Assembly (NCBI GenBank): GCA_963701015.1
Contig: OY969556.1
Coordinates: 4,336,868 to 4,400,867 of the forward strand
From: an uncultured Bacteroidota bacterium
GTDB taxonomy: Bacteria; Bacteroidota; Bacteroidia; Bacteroidales; DTGW01
DNA: 64,000 nt
Direction: 5' to 3'
Below the pieces are notes generated by a model, which was given only the letters and a program-made list of their open reading frames with translations, was not told the origin of the DNA and did not search any database. Positions within the stretch are counted from its first letter, which is position 1, and every line of letters begins with the position of its first letter. The position numbers and the translations under genes are program-made. Below are positions 46,034-56,800 of the stretch, in pieces.

Positions 46034-48406
46034 TTATTTAATATTAATCTTAGCTAAATCACTTTTTAATCCCAAACTTGCTGCTGTAATTTTTATTTTT
46101 TCCTTTTGTGTTCCCACTTTTAAAAGTACTGCGGCAATGCCAGCTTTTGCTTTTATTTGATTTTCGCCTATAATTTTACAATCCCCTTCAACTGAAAATT
46201 TTACAATATTTGTGTCATTAGGAATTATAGTGCCATTTTTGTCGATAATTGAGGCATATATAAATACTACATCATTACAGCCTGCCTGTATTTTTTTACC
46301 ACTTTCATCAACACTAATTTTTAAACCATTAGGTTTTTGCGCAGAAATTCTTTTGTTGAATGCAACAGATTGTTTGTTTATATAACCGATTGCCTTAATT
46401 TCACCAGGCTTATAATTTTTTATTTCAAATATAAATGGAGCATGGTTTAGAGCATCGGAATATTGGTTAATAGTAGGTTTTTGTTTTCCTAAGCTTATAT
46501 TATTTAAAAAAAGTTCAACTTCGTCACAATTACTATATACAGTAACATTTTTATAACTTGAATCGGACCAATTGTTGGCTATATAAACCATAGGTCTGCT
46601 AAATGTAGTATCTGCCGTGCTATATGGGTCAATTTGGCTTTGATAAAAATAAAACGATTGCTTAGGGAGCCGCGTAATATCCATTATACCGGAAGATTCA
46701 ATTTCGGAAGAATAACCGCGATTGTAATCGAACATTAACCAATTAGCATCACCAACTATATTTCCTTTAAGGTTGTCGTTATGGGCATCCTGAAAATTGA
46801 GCGACTGCTGAGCTAAACGTTCTTGACCATTTTCACGAAATTGACGCGATGTACGATCGGTTTCTTTTAAATCTTTAAATTCAGTCTGGTTAAAACCGGC
46901 GTTTTGTGCGTAATATTCCCAATCGCCATATTCAGCAATAATTAATGGTTTGTTTTTATTACAATTTTTCCAATAATCTGGGGCTTTAGCATGTTGTCGG
47001 GCTGGTATAAATATATCGTAAACATCATCGATCCAACCGCAGGTATATACATCTTTATAAGGCAATTCGTCATGAACGGTTTTTTGGGCCTTCTTCATGA
47101 ATGAATGGCTCATTTGAGTTTCATTTAAAGCAGCTTCCCAAAGAAATATACAGGCATGGTTTCTATCACGATGAATCATATCTCGCAAGTTTTGAATACT
47201 ATTTGCCTGAAATTGTTCGTTACCAAAATATTGCCAACCCGGCAATGAATTCATTACTATAATTCCCAATTCATCACAGGCATCCAAAAATGCTGGTGAT
47301 GGAGGATAATGGGAACATCGAACAAAATTGAAACCGGCCAGTTTAATTTTATAAGCATCACGGTATTGTGCATTATTGGACAATGCATAACCAATATATG
47401 GATATTCCTGATGACGGTTTGTTCCCCTTAACTTTACTTTATTTCCGTTTAAAAGCAATCCATTTGAAGCATCAATTGAAAAAGTACGAATGCCAATTTT
47501 TAATGAAGCCGTATCGGTTTCCTTTTCTTTTGAATAAATGCTTGTTGTTAAATTGTACAAATAAGGATTGGAAGGGCTCCAAAGGTTTGGATGATGTATT
47601 TTAGTTTTCTGAATTATAGAAATTGAACTATTTGAACCAATTATAGTATCTGTTTTTTCGAAAGCTATTAATTTTCCGTTTTTTGCAACAATTTTGGAAT
47701 TTAACAAGAATGTATCTGCAATTGGATTGTCATTTTTTATTTCAGTTTTTACAAATATTGTTGCTGAATCGTTCGTAACATTTTCGAACCAAACCATTAT
47801 ACCACCACTTGCTACTTTATTTTCGGCTACAGCATTGGTGATATAAAGTTTATCGCTGATTAAAAGTTTTACATCCCTGTATAATCCGCTGTAATAATTG
47901 AAATCTAAGTCTTTTAATGGTTTTCCGGGTGGAATTACCGGATTGTCTTCATTGCTGAGTTTTACCAAAATTGAATTTTCTTTTCCAAAATAAATTTTAT
48001 CTGAAACATCAATACTGAAAGGCAAATAGCCGCCTAAATGTTTTGCAAAATATTCCCCATTGATATATATATCGGCATCGTTCATGGCTGCGCCAAATTG
48101 AATAACAACATGTTTGCCTTTATATTCAACAGGTAAAGTGAAAAATTTTCGGTAAAAACATATCCCTTGCCATTGCTTTTGCTTGGTAACAAGAGGCTCT
48201 ATATTTGCTGTATGTGGTAAACTTACGGTTTCCCATCTTATATTTTTCGTTTCTTTTTGAATTAAACCAGGGCGGAACGTTGTATCTATATCCTTTACAA
48301 ATTCCCAATCGGCGTTAAAATTTAATTCGGAAGCATTTAAAATGCCAAAATTCATTACTATATTTTGAGCCAGAATAAGTGTATATATTTTGAAAAAATA
48401 TTTCAT
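46034..48406 (-). CDS. glycoside hydrolase family 2 (beta-galactosidase-type)
   Basis: GICFYRKFF sugar-binding-domain motif, NFVRCSHYPPSPAFLDACDELGIIV TIM-barrel start, FLWEAALNE (acid/base region) and IIAEYGDW (nucleophile region). Confidence 0.85.
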   Translation of the reverse strand: MKYFFKIYTLILAQNIVMNFGILNASELNFNADWEFVKDIDTTFRPGLIQKETKNIRWETVSLPHTANIEPLVTKQKQWQGICFYRKFFTLPVEYKGKHVVIQFGAAMNDADIYINGEYFAKHLGGYLPFSIDVSDKIYFGKENSILVKLSNEDNPVIPPGKPLKDLDFNYYSGLYRDVKLLISDKLYITNAVAENKVASGGIMVWFENVTNDSATIFVKTEIKNDNPIADTFLLNSKIVAKNGKLIAFEKTDTIIGSNSSISIIQKTKIHHPNLWSPSNPYLYNLTTSIYSKEKETDTASLKIGIRTFSIDASNGLLLNGNKVKLRGTNRHQEYPYIGYALSNNAQYRDAYKIKLAGFNFVRCSHYPPSPAFLDACDELGIIVMNSLPGWQYFGNEQFQANSIQNLRDMIHRDRNHACIFLWEAALNETQMSHSFMKKAQKTVHDELPYKDVYTCGWIDDVYDIFIPARQHAKAPDYWKNCNKNKPLIIAEYGDWEYYAQNAGFNQTEFKDLKETDRTSRQFRENGQERLAQQSLNFQDAHNDNLKGNIVGDANWLMFDYNRGYSSEIESSGIMDITRLPKQSFYFYQSQIDPYSTADTTFSRPMVYIANNWSDSSYKNVTVYSNCDEVELFLNNISLGKQKPTINQYSDALNHAPFIFEIKNYKPGEIKAIGYINKQSVAFNKRISAQKPNGLKISVDESGKKIQAGCNDVVFIYASIIDKNGTIIPNDTNIVKFSVEGDCKIIGENQIKAKAGIAAVLLKVGTQKEKIKITAASLGLKSDLAKINIK

Positions 48407-48498
48407 TCTAAATTTTTAAATACCACATTCAAATATTTCAATTCGAAACTCCATTACGCTATAATTGACAAATATCTTTAAATACATGTTTGGAAAGT

Positions 48499-48525
48499 TG
48501 GGGTGCACCCTAAACCCGCACCCCA
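48499..48525 (-). other. GC-rich hairpin in the susD-GH2 intergenic region
   Basis: tggggtgc (48499-48506) pairs with gcacccca (48518-48525) around an 11-nt loop. It is conspicuously GC-rich for this genome. No T-run follows on the minus strand. Confidence 0.4.
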
Positions 48526-48613
48526 TTCCAAAATTTAACTATTAACTTATTCAGAACAATTCGATAATGAATCAAAAAATAATTACTATTGATCGCAACA
48601 ATACAAAACCATT

Positions 48614-50176
48614 TTAATATCCAGGATTTTGGGTAACAATACCGCGGCTTTCAATTATAACTGAACTAGGTATAGGAAATAAAGTATCCCTGTCAGTTAC
48701 ACCTGCTGCTCTTTGAAGCGCCTGTTCAGTAAATTTACCATGCCTTATTAGGTCCTGGCGACGAGCTCCTTCGCAATATAACTCACGGCCTCTTTCATCT
48801 AAGATTGAATCACGAAAAGCTTCTTTTGTTGGAATATTTGTGCTGTTCCAATCGAATGCGACACCCCCGGCTCTTTCCCTAACTTGGTTCACATATTGGT
48901 AGGCCTCAGTTGGACCTCGTTGTTCGTTTATTGCTTCAGCCAATGAAAGTAGCACTTCAGCATAGCGAAATACTACCCAATCATTCACAAATATTGGTCC
49001 TTGTGTTGAACCCGAAGCATATTGAACATTTGTATATTTCATAGGAATTGCACCACTCATTCCAGTACTTTGGTTTCGTATTTTCCCTTTCGAATTGTAA
49101 TATGTTGCTATAATAGTTTTAGTCCTGTTATCTGTAGAATCAAATTTTTCATAAAACGACCACGGCATCCAATAGCCATACCAACCATTAACATTGGCAC
49201 TAACTTTTGTTGAGCTATAACCTAAATTACCTGTTGCAAAATCTCCCGGGAAAATTGGAGCAAACCAATAACAAGGTGAGGCTGAATTGCATGGAAAAGC
49301 ATATATAACTTCATCATTTGACCCTGTTGTGCCTGAAATATTAAAAACATCGGAATAATTGGGAAGAAGTTTATAGTAATTCATACTCACAATATCTGTA
49401 GCTGCTGCCTCGGCTTTAGCCCATTGTCGGTTATGCATATAAAGTTTAAGCAGTAACATTTTTGCCACTCCTTTTGATACTCTGCCCCAATTCGAAGCAT
49501 CACCATTATAATGATCGGGGAAGGTGTTAATTGCAATAGCATTCTTCAAATCCGATTCAATGGTGTCACAATAAGCTTCTTTTGTCATTCTTGGTTTAAT
49601 AGTAGTATCATTAAGTGTTGCCGGATTCAGCCTTACGTTGAGCGGACCGAAAAAATCGTACAAAGTGTACATGAGCCATGCCCTTAATGTATATGCTTCT
49701 GCCAGATATTGGTCTTTAATGGCACTTGCTACTGTAGTATTAGTTTGTATTTTATTGATAATTTCAGTGGCTCTGGCAACGTATCTTATTTTTGGATATG
49801 TTGGCTCAGTTGGGTTTGCACCTGTAGTAAGATATGTTGATGATCCCCATGTATAGCTATAGAGGTTTGCATCCCATGCTGAATTGAAGTTAAGCTCGTC
49901 TGATAACAACATGCTTCGAACGACATATGTTTTAATATCAATGTTATATAGGCTTGCATACCAGGTATTTACTCCTTGGTCCGTTGTGCCCCAATTTGTT
50001 GAGAAACAATTATAGAGACCAACAACTGCATTATTTAAATCATCCGCAGTTTTATAAAAATTATCAGGTGTTAGCGAACTAGTAATTACCGGTTGAAGTT
50101 CTTTTTCGCATCCGGATAGTCCAACAATGAATGTTGAAATTAGGATAATGTATATTTTATATTTTATTGATTTCAT
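48614..50176 (-). CDS. susD: SusD/RagB family nutrient-binding outer-membrane lipoprotein
   Basis: Lipobox VGLSGC, ~520 aa, TPR-like helical character. It lies immediately downstream of the SusC-like gene. Confidence 0.9.
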   Translation of the reverse strand: MKSIKYKIYIILISTFIVGLSGCEKELQPVITSSLTPDNFYKTADDLNNAVVGLYNCFSTNWGTTDQGVNTWYASLYNIDIKTYVVRSMLLSDELNFNSAWDANLYSYTWGSSTYLTTGANPTEPTYPKIRYVARATEIINKIQTNTTVASAIKDQYLAEAYTLRAWLMYTLYDFFGPLNVRLNPATLNDTTIKPRMTKEAYCDTIESDLKNAIAINTFPDHYNGDASNWGRVSKGVAKMLLLKLYMHNRQWAKAEAAATDIVSMNYYKLLPNYSDVFNISGTTGSNDEVIYAFPCNSASPCYWFAPIFPGDFATGNLGYSSTKVSANVNGWYGYWMPWSFYEKFDSTDNRTKTIIATYYNSKGKIRNQSTGMSGAIPMKYTNVQYASGSTQGPIFVNDWVVFRYAEVLLSLAEAINEQRGPTEAYQYVNQVRERAGGVAFDWNSTNIPTKEAFRDSILDERGRELYCEGARRQDLIRHGKFTEQALQRAAGVTDRDTLFPIPSSVIIESRGIVTQNPGY

Positions 50177-50199
50177 ATTACTATTTTTTATCAGTTGTT

Positions 50200-53100
50200 T
50201 TAAAAAGAAATATTGACTCCAAATGTTGTAGATCTTGTTTGTGGGTATGGATTAGCCTCGGTTATTTCCGGGTCAACTCCTTTATAATTTGTAAATACAT
50301 ACAAGTTTTGAAGATCTAAATATATTCTTGCTGATTTTATATTTATCTTTTTTGTCCATGTTTCAGGAAGATTAACACCTAATGTTATATTTTTTATTCT
50401 TGCAAAACTTCCATCTACCAACCAAAAATCATTGGTAATACCACCATAAATCCCTGAGCTTACAGTTGTATTGGACGAAGGATTAGAGCCGGTATAAGGG
50501 TTGGTATTATTTGACAAACCAGGATAAATACCGTTTTGATTATCGTTTGAATATACATTCTTAATATCTTTAATTGTATTGTAAGGAATAGTTTTGTCTG
50601 AAATTGCTGTAGGACTTAAAAAGTTCATATATCCGTTTGGCAATTTACGACCCAATAATCCGTAGATATAAATATTTAAATCGAATATTGAATAACGGAA
50701 AGTATTATTAAATCCAAAACTCCATTTTGGAGTACCATCACAAAGCATAACCACATCCTTATCATCCAGTTTGCCATCTTTATTAATATCAACATATTTT
50801 AACTGACCTGGTTTAATTAGGTTACGACTTCCCATATTTACAGCATATCCAACTGTATCCTGGCTAGTTTTAATAATGCCGGCGGTTTTCCAACCATAAA
50901 CTGCATTTACCGGATCGTTTGGCTTAATCCATGATGCTAAAGCCACATTTGGGTTTCTGGTAAGCCAATTCAAACTATAGGTTGAAAGTGTAATATTTGT
51001 AGTCCATTTAAACTTATTCACGAAGTTGTTTGTAGTTACCGCAAATTCCCAACCTTTGCTTTTTTGTGAACCTACATTTGCAGCTATTGTTCCTACTGGA
51101 GCATCAGATGGCATTAGATTATAACTAATTAAATCACGTTTGGTTTTATTAAAATAATCAATTGTTGCGGTAATACGATTTGCCAATATGCCCAAATCAA
51201 GTCCAATGTTAAAGGTAGCATCAGTTTCCCATGTCAGATTTGGATTGTCAATTTGCGACAAGGCTACACCAGGGTATTGTGTTGAGCCAATAAGAAAAGG
51301 ATAACCTGAATTGTAAAGTGTATATGGATTGTTTCCAATATAGCCTTCATTTCCTGCAGTACCGTAGCCTAATCGTAATTTAGTTTCTGAAATAAATACA
51401 AGATCACTCATAAAGCTTTCTTTATTAATTTTCCATGCACCTGAAATGCCAGGGAAAAATCCGCTTTTTTTGTTCTGAGCAAATATGCTGCTTGCATCAT
51501 TTCGTCCAACAAACGATAACATATACTTATCTTGAAGAGAATAATTTACTCTAAAGAATTCTGAAATTTTTGTTCGCTGTGATGAAAAAGATGAAATATA
51601 TTCTGCATCCTTATTGGTTGCAATACTTACATTATTATACGAGAATGCATCAGTGAAAAAATTATAGGCAACTAAGCCAAACCCATCAATGATGGTCTTA
51701 TAATACCCAGTTCCACCAACAATTGTTAAACTGCTGTTTCCAAAAGTGTGGTTATAATCGAAATAAGCTTCAGAGCTATAATTATCTGTTCTTTTAGTCA
51801 AAAGTTGAGCACAACCATCAGGAACTTGGACATTGTGAACCTCTTTTGGCAAATAAAAATACCGGTTATCAGTTTTGCGGTCCATACCACCAACCAAATG
51901 GAGTTTTAGATCATTTAATAGTTTTATTTCAATTTTCGGATCGGCCATAAACCTGTTACTTCTCGTATAATCTTGTATAATTAAAAATGCGGCAGGATTA
52001 GTTACTTTATTGTCGAATGTTTTTGAATAGTTACCTAAACTATCTTTAATTCCAACGGTAGGACTAAAAACATAGGCAGCCTGGAGCATGTTATCTTTTT
52101 CAGGACCACCGGCACTTGAACCTGTTGATGAATTATTTGCATTTATTTGGCTTGCCGACATATTTATTATGGCTTTTACCCTGTCGTTTATTTGCTGTTC
52201 AGCATTTATACGTCCTGTATATCTGTCGAACGTGGAGTTTTTTAATAAACCATTATTTCCATAATAATTAAATGAAGCATAAACTTTAGTGTATTCGGTA
52301 CCTCCCGACATTGAAATGTTATGTTCGTTTAACATACCATCTCTCATAATTTCATTTAACCAATCGGTTCCTTGTCCGGCTGCTTTAATTGCAGCATCTG
52401 AAAAATATGTTGAAATGCCTGTAATGTCTGGAGTTGTAGTATTAGTTCCATAAACGCCACTTCCATCATTAATCATTGCCTGGTCCATAAGAAATCTATT
52501 GTGCTGGGTCATAAATTCCTGGGCATTCATTAACTGAAAATAATTTTTTGGCGTTTGAGTGGTATAGCTTCCCCGATAATCAACACTAACTTTGCCTGCT
52601 TTGCCTTTTTTAGTGGTAATAAGTATTACTCCATCGGCAGCTGCTGATCCATAGATGGCTGCAGCACTCGCATCTTTTAAAATGTCAACTGTTTCAATAT
52701 CATCTGGATTAAGTCCGTTAAGAGGATCTCTATCTACACCACCACTGTATCCAACCAATGTAGTATTTAAACCCGGATCGGAATTTTGATTATTCGAATT
52801 TACATCATTAGGATTTGGGTTTGACAAAATAGGTACACCGTCTATAACATATAGTGGATTTGAACCTCCACGAATATTGACATTTAAACGACTGCCTGGT
52901 TGGGCACTTACTGAAGTTAAGGTTAAGCCTGCAGCTCTTCCTTGCAGCATTTGATCAACCGATGTAGTTGCAATTAAATTTACATCTTTTGTCTTAACAC
53001 TGGATACAGAGCCGGTTAAGTCAATTTTACGTGTAGTACCATAACCTACAACTACTACTTCATCAATAGCAGATGTTTGTGGTTCAAGTTTTACATCAAT

Positions 53101-53370
53101 GGTGGACTTTGATCCAACTGCAACTTCCTGATTTTTATAGCCCAAAAATGAAAAGTTAAGTGTTTTACTTGAATCTGAGATTGTAATTTTATAATTACCT
53201 TCTACATCGGTAATGGTTCCGATTGTTGATCCTTTAATAACAACACTCGCACCAATTATGGCTTCGCCTGTCGATCCGTCTACAACCTTTCCCGAAACGC
53301 TGATTTGTTGGGAATACAAGCTAAATGACGAGCAGACTAGAAAAATTAATGAGTATAAGAATCTTTTCAT
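50200..53370 (-). CDS. susC: SusC/RagA family TonB-linked outer-membrane transporter
   Basis: Carboxypeptidase-regulatory-like N-domain (VSGKVVDGSTGEAIIGASVVIKG). Plug motifs (VVVGYGT, NIRGGSNPLYVIDGVP). 1056 aa with a C-terminal Phe. Confidence 0.95.
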   Translation of the reverse strand: MKRFLYSLIFLVCSSFSLYSQQISVSGKVVDGSTGEAIIGASVVIKGSTIGTITDVEGNYKITISDSSKTLNFSFLGYKNQEVAVGSKSTIDVKLEPQTSAIDEVVVVGYGTTRKIDLTGSVSSVKTKDVNLIATTSVDQMLQGRAAGLTLTSVSAQPGSRLNVNIRGGSNPLYVIDGVPILSNPNPNDVNSNNQNSDPGLNTTLVGYSGGVDRDPLNGLNPDDIETVDILKDASAAAIYGSAAADGVILITTKKGKAGKVSVDYRGSYTTQTPKNYFQLMNAQEFMTQHNRFLMDQAMINDGSGVYGTNTTTPDITGISTYFSDAAIKAAGQGTDWLNEIMRDGMLNEHNISMSGGTEYTKVYASFNYYGNNGLLKNSTFDRYTGRINAEQQINDRVKAIINMSASQINANNSSTGSSAGGPEKDNMLQAAYVFSPTVGIKDSLGNYSKTFDNKVTNPAAFLIIQDYTRSNRFMADPKIEIKLLNDLKLHLVGGMDRKTDNRYFYLPKEVHNVQVPDGCAQLLTKRTDNYSSEAYFDYNHTFGNSSLTIVGGTGYYKTIIDGFGLVAYNFFTDAFSYNNVSIATNKDAEYISSFSSQRTKISEFFRVNYSLQDKYMLSFVGRNDASSIFAQNKKSGFFPGISGAWKINKESFMSDLVFISETKLRLGYGTAGNEGYIGNNPYTLYNSGYPFLIGSTQYPGVALSQIDNPNLTWETDATFNIGLDLGILANRITATIDYFNKTKRDLISYNLMPSDAPVGTIAANVGSQKSKGWEFAVTTNNFVNKFKWTTNITLSTYSLNWLTRNPNVALASWIKPNDPVNAVYGWKTAGIIKTSQDTVGYAVNMGSRNLIKPGQLKYVDINKDGKLDDKDVVMLCDGTPKWSFGFNNTFRYSIFDLNIYIYGLLGRKLPNGYMNFLSPTAISDKTIPYNTIKDIKNVYSNDNQNGIYPGLSNNTNPYTGSNPSSNTTVSSGIYGGITNDFWLVDGSFARIKNITLGVNLPETWTKKINIKSARIYLDLQNLYVFTNYKGVDPEITEANPYPQTRSTTFGVNISF

Positions 53371-53717
53371 AAAAATTGTTTTTTGTTAGTTAGTGTATAA
53401 TTTATAAATCCCGAATAAGTAATACTATTATTGTAATGAATACTATGACTATTAAAAAAATGAGAAGTAACTCGTGTAAATGTGTTTTAATTTTATGGTG
53501 TAGTTTCATGGTGAATGAGAAATTACATTATTGCGACTATGATGTTAATGGCATCAAATATATCCCTATAATGAGGCTAACATTGAATTCAATTCCACCA
53601 AAAATCAACACAATTCATACATAATGAACATGAATCATACAGATTAGGACAGAAATCGTACATTGATATTATTAGAAGTTGTAAAATTTTAAAATTTAAT
53701 TTGGGAAAATATGGACA

Positions 53718-53750
53718 ATAGTTTGAATGATTTTTAATGAATCAAACTAT
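53718..53750 (-). terminator. hairpin downstream of the HTCS gene
   Basis: 9-bp stem atagtttga / tcaaactat with a 15-nt loop. It lies ~50 nt after the stop and has no strong T tract. Confidence 0.35.
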
Positions 53751-53801
53751 AAAATAAGAATAGTAGTAAACTGTGAGGCTATGAAATCAAATATTGATTA
53801 A

Positions 53802-56800
53802 TTATTTCTTTGCCATAAATTCTTTTGGTGTTACACCAAATTCCTCTTGAAAGCATTTAGCGAAATAGGATGTATTTGTAAACCCAACATCGTACATAAC
53901 TTGTGAAACATTTCCCTGATGAGTAGATAATAAATTTGCAGCTTTTTTTAACCGCAATTTTCTAATTAATTCATTGGTTGATAAATCAGTAAGTGATTTA
54001 ATTTTTCGATATAAATGAGTGGAACTTATACCTACTTCATTGCTAATATCATCAACACCAAGTTCTGGCTCAGCTATTTTGCTTTCAATATAATTAATAA
54101 CTTTATTAAGCAATTGTTCATCGAGTGACGAAAGTGTTGGAGTATTTGGTATAATTGTATATTCCTTTTGAAAAAATCTTCTTAATTTATTTCTTTGTTC
54201 AATTAACTTTTCAACTCTTATTATAAGAAGTTTTTGATCAAATGGTTTTGATATATAATCATCAGCACCAGTTGATATTCCTTTTAATTTATCTTCCAAA
54301 GATGACAAAGCAGTTAGAAGTATAATAGGAATATGGCTTAAATGAATATCTGTTTTAATTCTTTCGCAAACTTCAAATCCACTCATTCCGGGCATCATAA
54401 TATCTGAAATCATCAAATCGGGTGCTTCTTTTATGGCAATTTTTAAACCTGTTTCGCCTGACATTGCATATAATATTTTATAGCTTCCTTCTAATAATTT
54501 TCCAATAAATTTAATAAGTTCAATATCATCTTCAATTATTAGTATTACAGGTGCATTTTTAACTGTCGGCTCATCAAATTCTATTAAATCTATGTTTTCA
54601 GTACTAATTTGTAAGTCAGGTTCATCCTTATATAAGAGTGTTATATTTTGATTATTTGAAGAATATTCAGGCTCAATTTTGATATTTTTTTCAACAAAAA
54701 ATGATGGATGAACAGATAACTTTACAGTAAATTCTGAACCTTGGTTCGGCGTGCTATTTACATTAATATTTCCTAAATGCATTATTGCCAAATCTTTACA
54801 CAATGTCAATCCAATACCGGTTCCTCTTATCATTTGACCTCCGGGTTGGTTGATCTGATAAAAACTTTTAAATATTTCATTAATTTTATCTTGTGAAATA
54901 CCTATTCCGGTATCTGAAACTTTAATTACCATATAGGAAATATTATCCTTATCTGGTATAATTTCTTCTTCTTTTTCATTTAAAAATACAACGGATAAAC
55001 TGACTTTTCCACCTGAAGGTGTAAATTTGAAGGCGTTTGATAATAAATTATATACAATGGTTTCAACAATATGTTCGTCAAACCATATAATTGCAGAATT
55101 TATTTTTAAATTTACTGTATATGCCAGTTTGTTGCTTTTTGCTTTGGCATTAAATAAATTGGCAATATCTTGCAGTAGATGTATAACATTATTTTTTGAG
55201 ATTTTTAATTCAAAATTTCCTGTTTCAATTTTTCTAAATTCGAGCAATTGGTTTATCAAATGTAATAATCGTTTACTTCCTGATTGTATTAATAACAATT
55301 GATCTTTTGCTTTCTTTTCAATTTTTTCAAATGTCAACAATTTTTCCAAAGGGCCTATAATCAGTGTTAAAGGTGTTCTGAATTCATGAGATATATTGGT
55401 GAAAAATCTTAACTTTAAATCGTTATATTCTTCCATTCTTTGACGATCGAGTTTTTGCAATTGAATTTCATGTTTAAATCTTGCCCTGGTTAAAATTTGA
55501 CTTCTGAAAAAATAAAGCAACAATAGTAGAATAAATGCATAGATAATAAATGCCCAGCCCGTTTCCCAAATTGCCGGCAAAACAGTAATATTTATACTTG
55601 TAACTTTATCATTCCAAATGCCGTCTTCATTAGTTGATTTTACTTTAAATGTGTAATTTCCTGGACGCAAATGCGAATAAGTCGCATATCGTTTTTTAGC
55701 ATCAGTATATAACCAGCCTATATCAAAGTTCTCAAGTTTATATGCATACTTAATTTTATTTTGTGATTTATATATTACTGCTGCAAATTCAAATGTAAAT
55801 GGATAGTCTCTTCGTGATAATTCAATGTTTTTTGTAAAAAGAATTGATTTTGTAAGTACTTTTTCACCATCATTTTGTTGGGTAACTAAAACAGATTTAT
55901 TGAAAAGCAGAAAATCGGTTATATATACGACTGGAAAATTTCGACTAATTATAATACTATCTGGTTGGAAATAATTTAACCCATTGATACCTCCAAAATA
56001 CATTTCCCCTGTTTTATCGTGGAAATAAGCATTCCAATAGAATTGGTTGCTTTGCAAACCATCATCAATATTAAAATTTTGGAAAGTTTCTTTTTTGAAA
56101 TTAAATTTAGATATTCCATTATTTGTACTCATCCATAAATTATTATGCTTATCTTCAAGTATGCCATAAATAATATTTCCAGATAAACCTTCCTTCTCGG
56201 TATAACACTTAAATTGGTATTGTATATTTCCTTTATTATCTTTAATTACAGATAGTTTATTCAACCCGCCGGTATAAGTACCTATCCATATATCTCCAGT
56301 TTCATCCTCATGAAGGCTAAATGTCCTGTTTTCGCTTATACTATTTATATTTTTAAAATCTTTTTTAAAGTGTATAATTGAATCAATTTCAGGCTTTGCA
56401 TTATTTTTTAAAATTATTTTATTCAATCCATCAAATGTAGCTACCCAAAGGTTTCCATTATGATCTCTTATAATTTTATTAATTGATGATGCAGTCAGTT
56501 CATCATGGGCATTTGTTTCACTGTCAAACCTATAAGCATATGATTTTTTTGTATTATAAATGTATAATCCACTATTGCAACCTAACCATATATTTCCAAA
56601 ATTATCTTCCGATATATCACTTATAAAATCTGGTAATCCTGAATATATTCTCGAAAAAGTACCATTAATTTTATTCAATATATTTAATCCTCCACCCCAT
56701 GTTCCAACCCATAATTCTCCCTTTGAATCTTCAAATATTGAACTAACAATATTATGACTTAAACTATTAGGATTATCAGGTTGATGTACATAATGAACAA

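Noticed and set aside
53436-53624. 62-aa ORF in the HTCS-susC intergenic region
   Set aside because: It has no recognisable motif and an AT-rich random-looking composition. It lies on the strand opposite the operon in a region expected to hold the susC promoter and HTCS operator.
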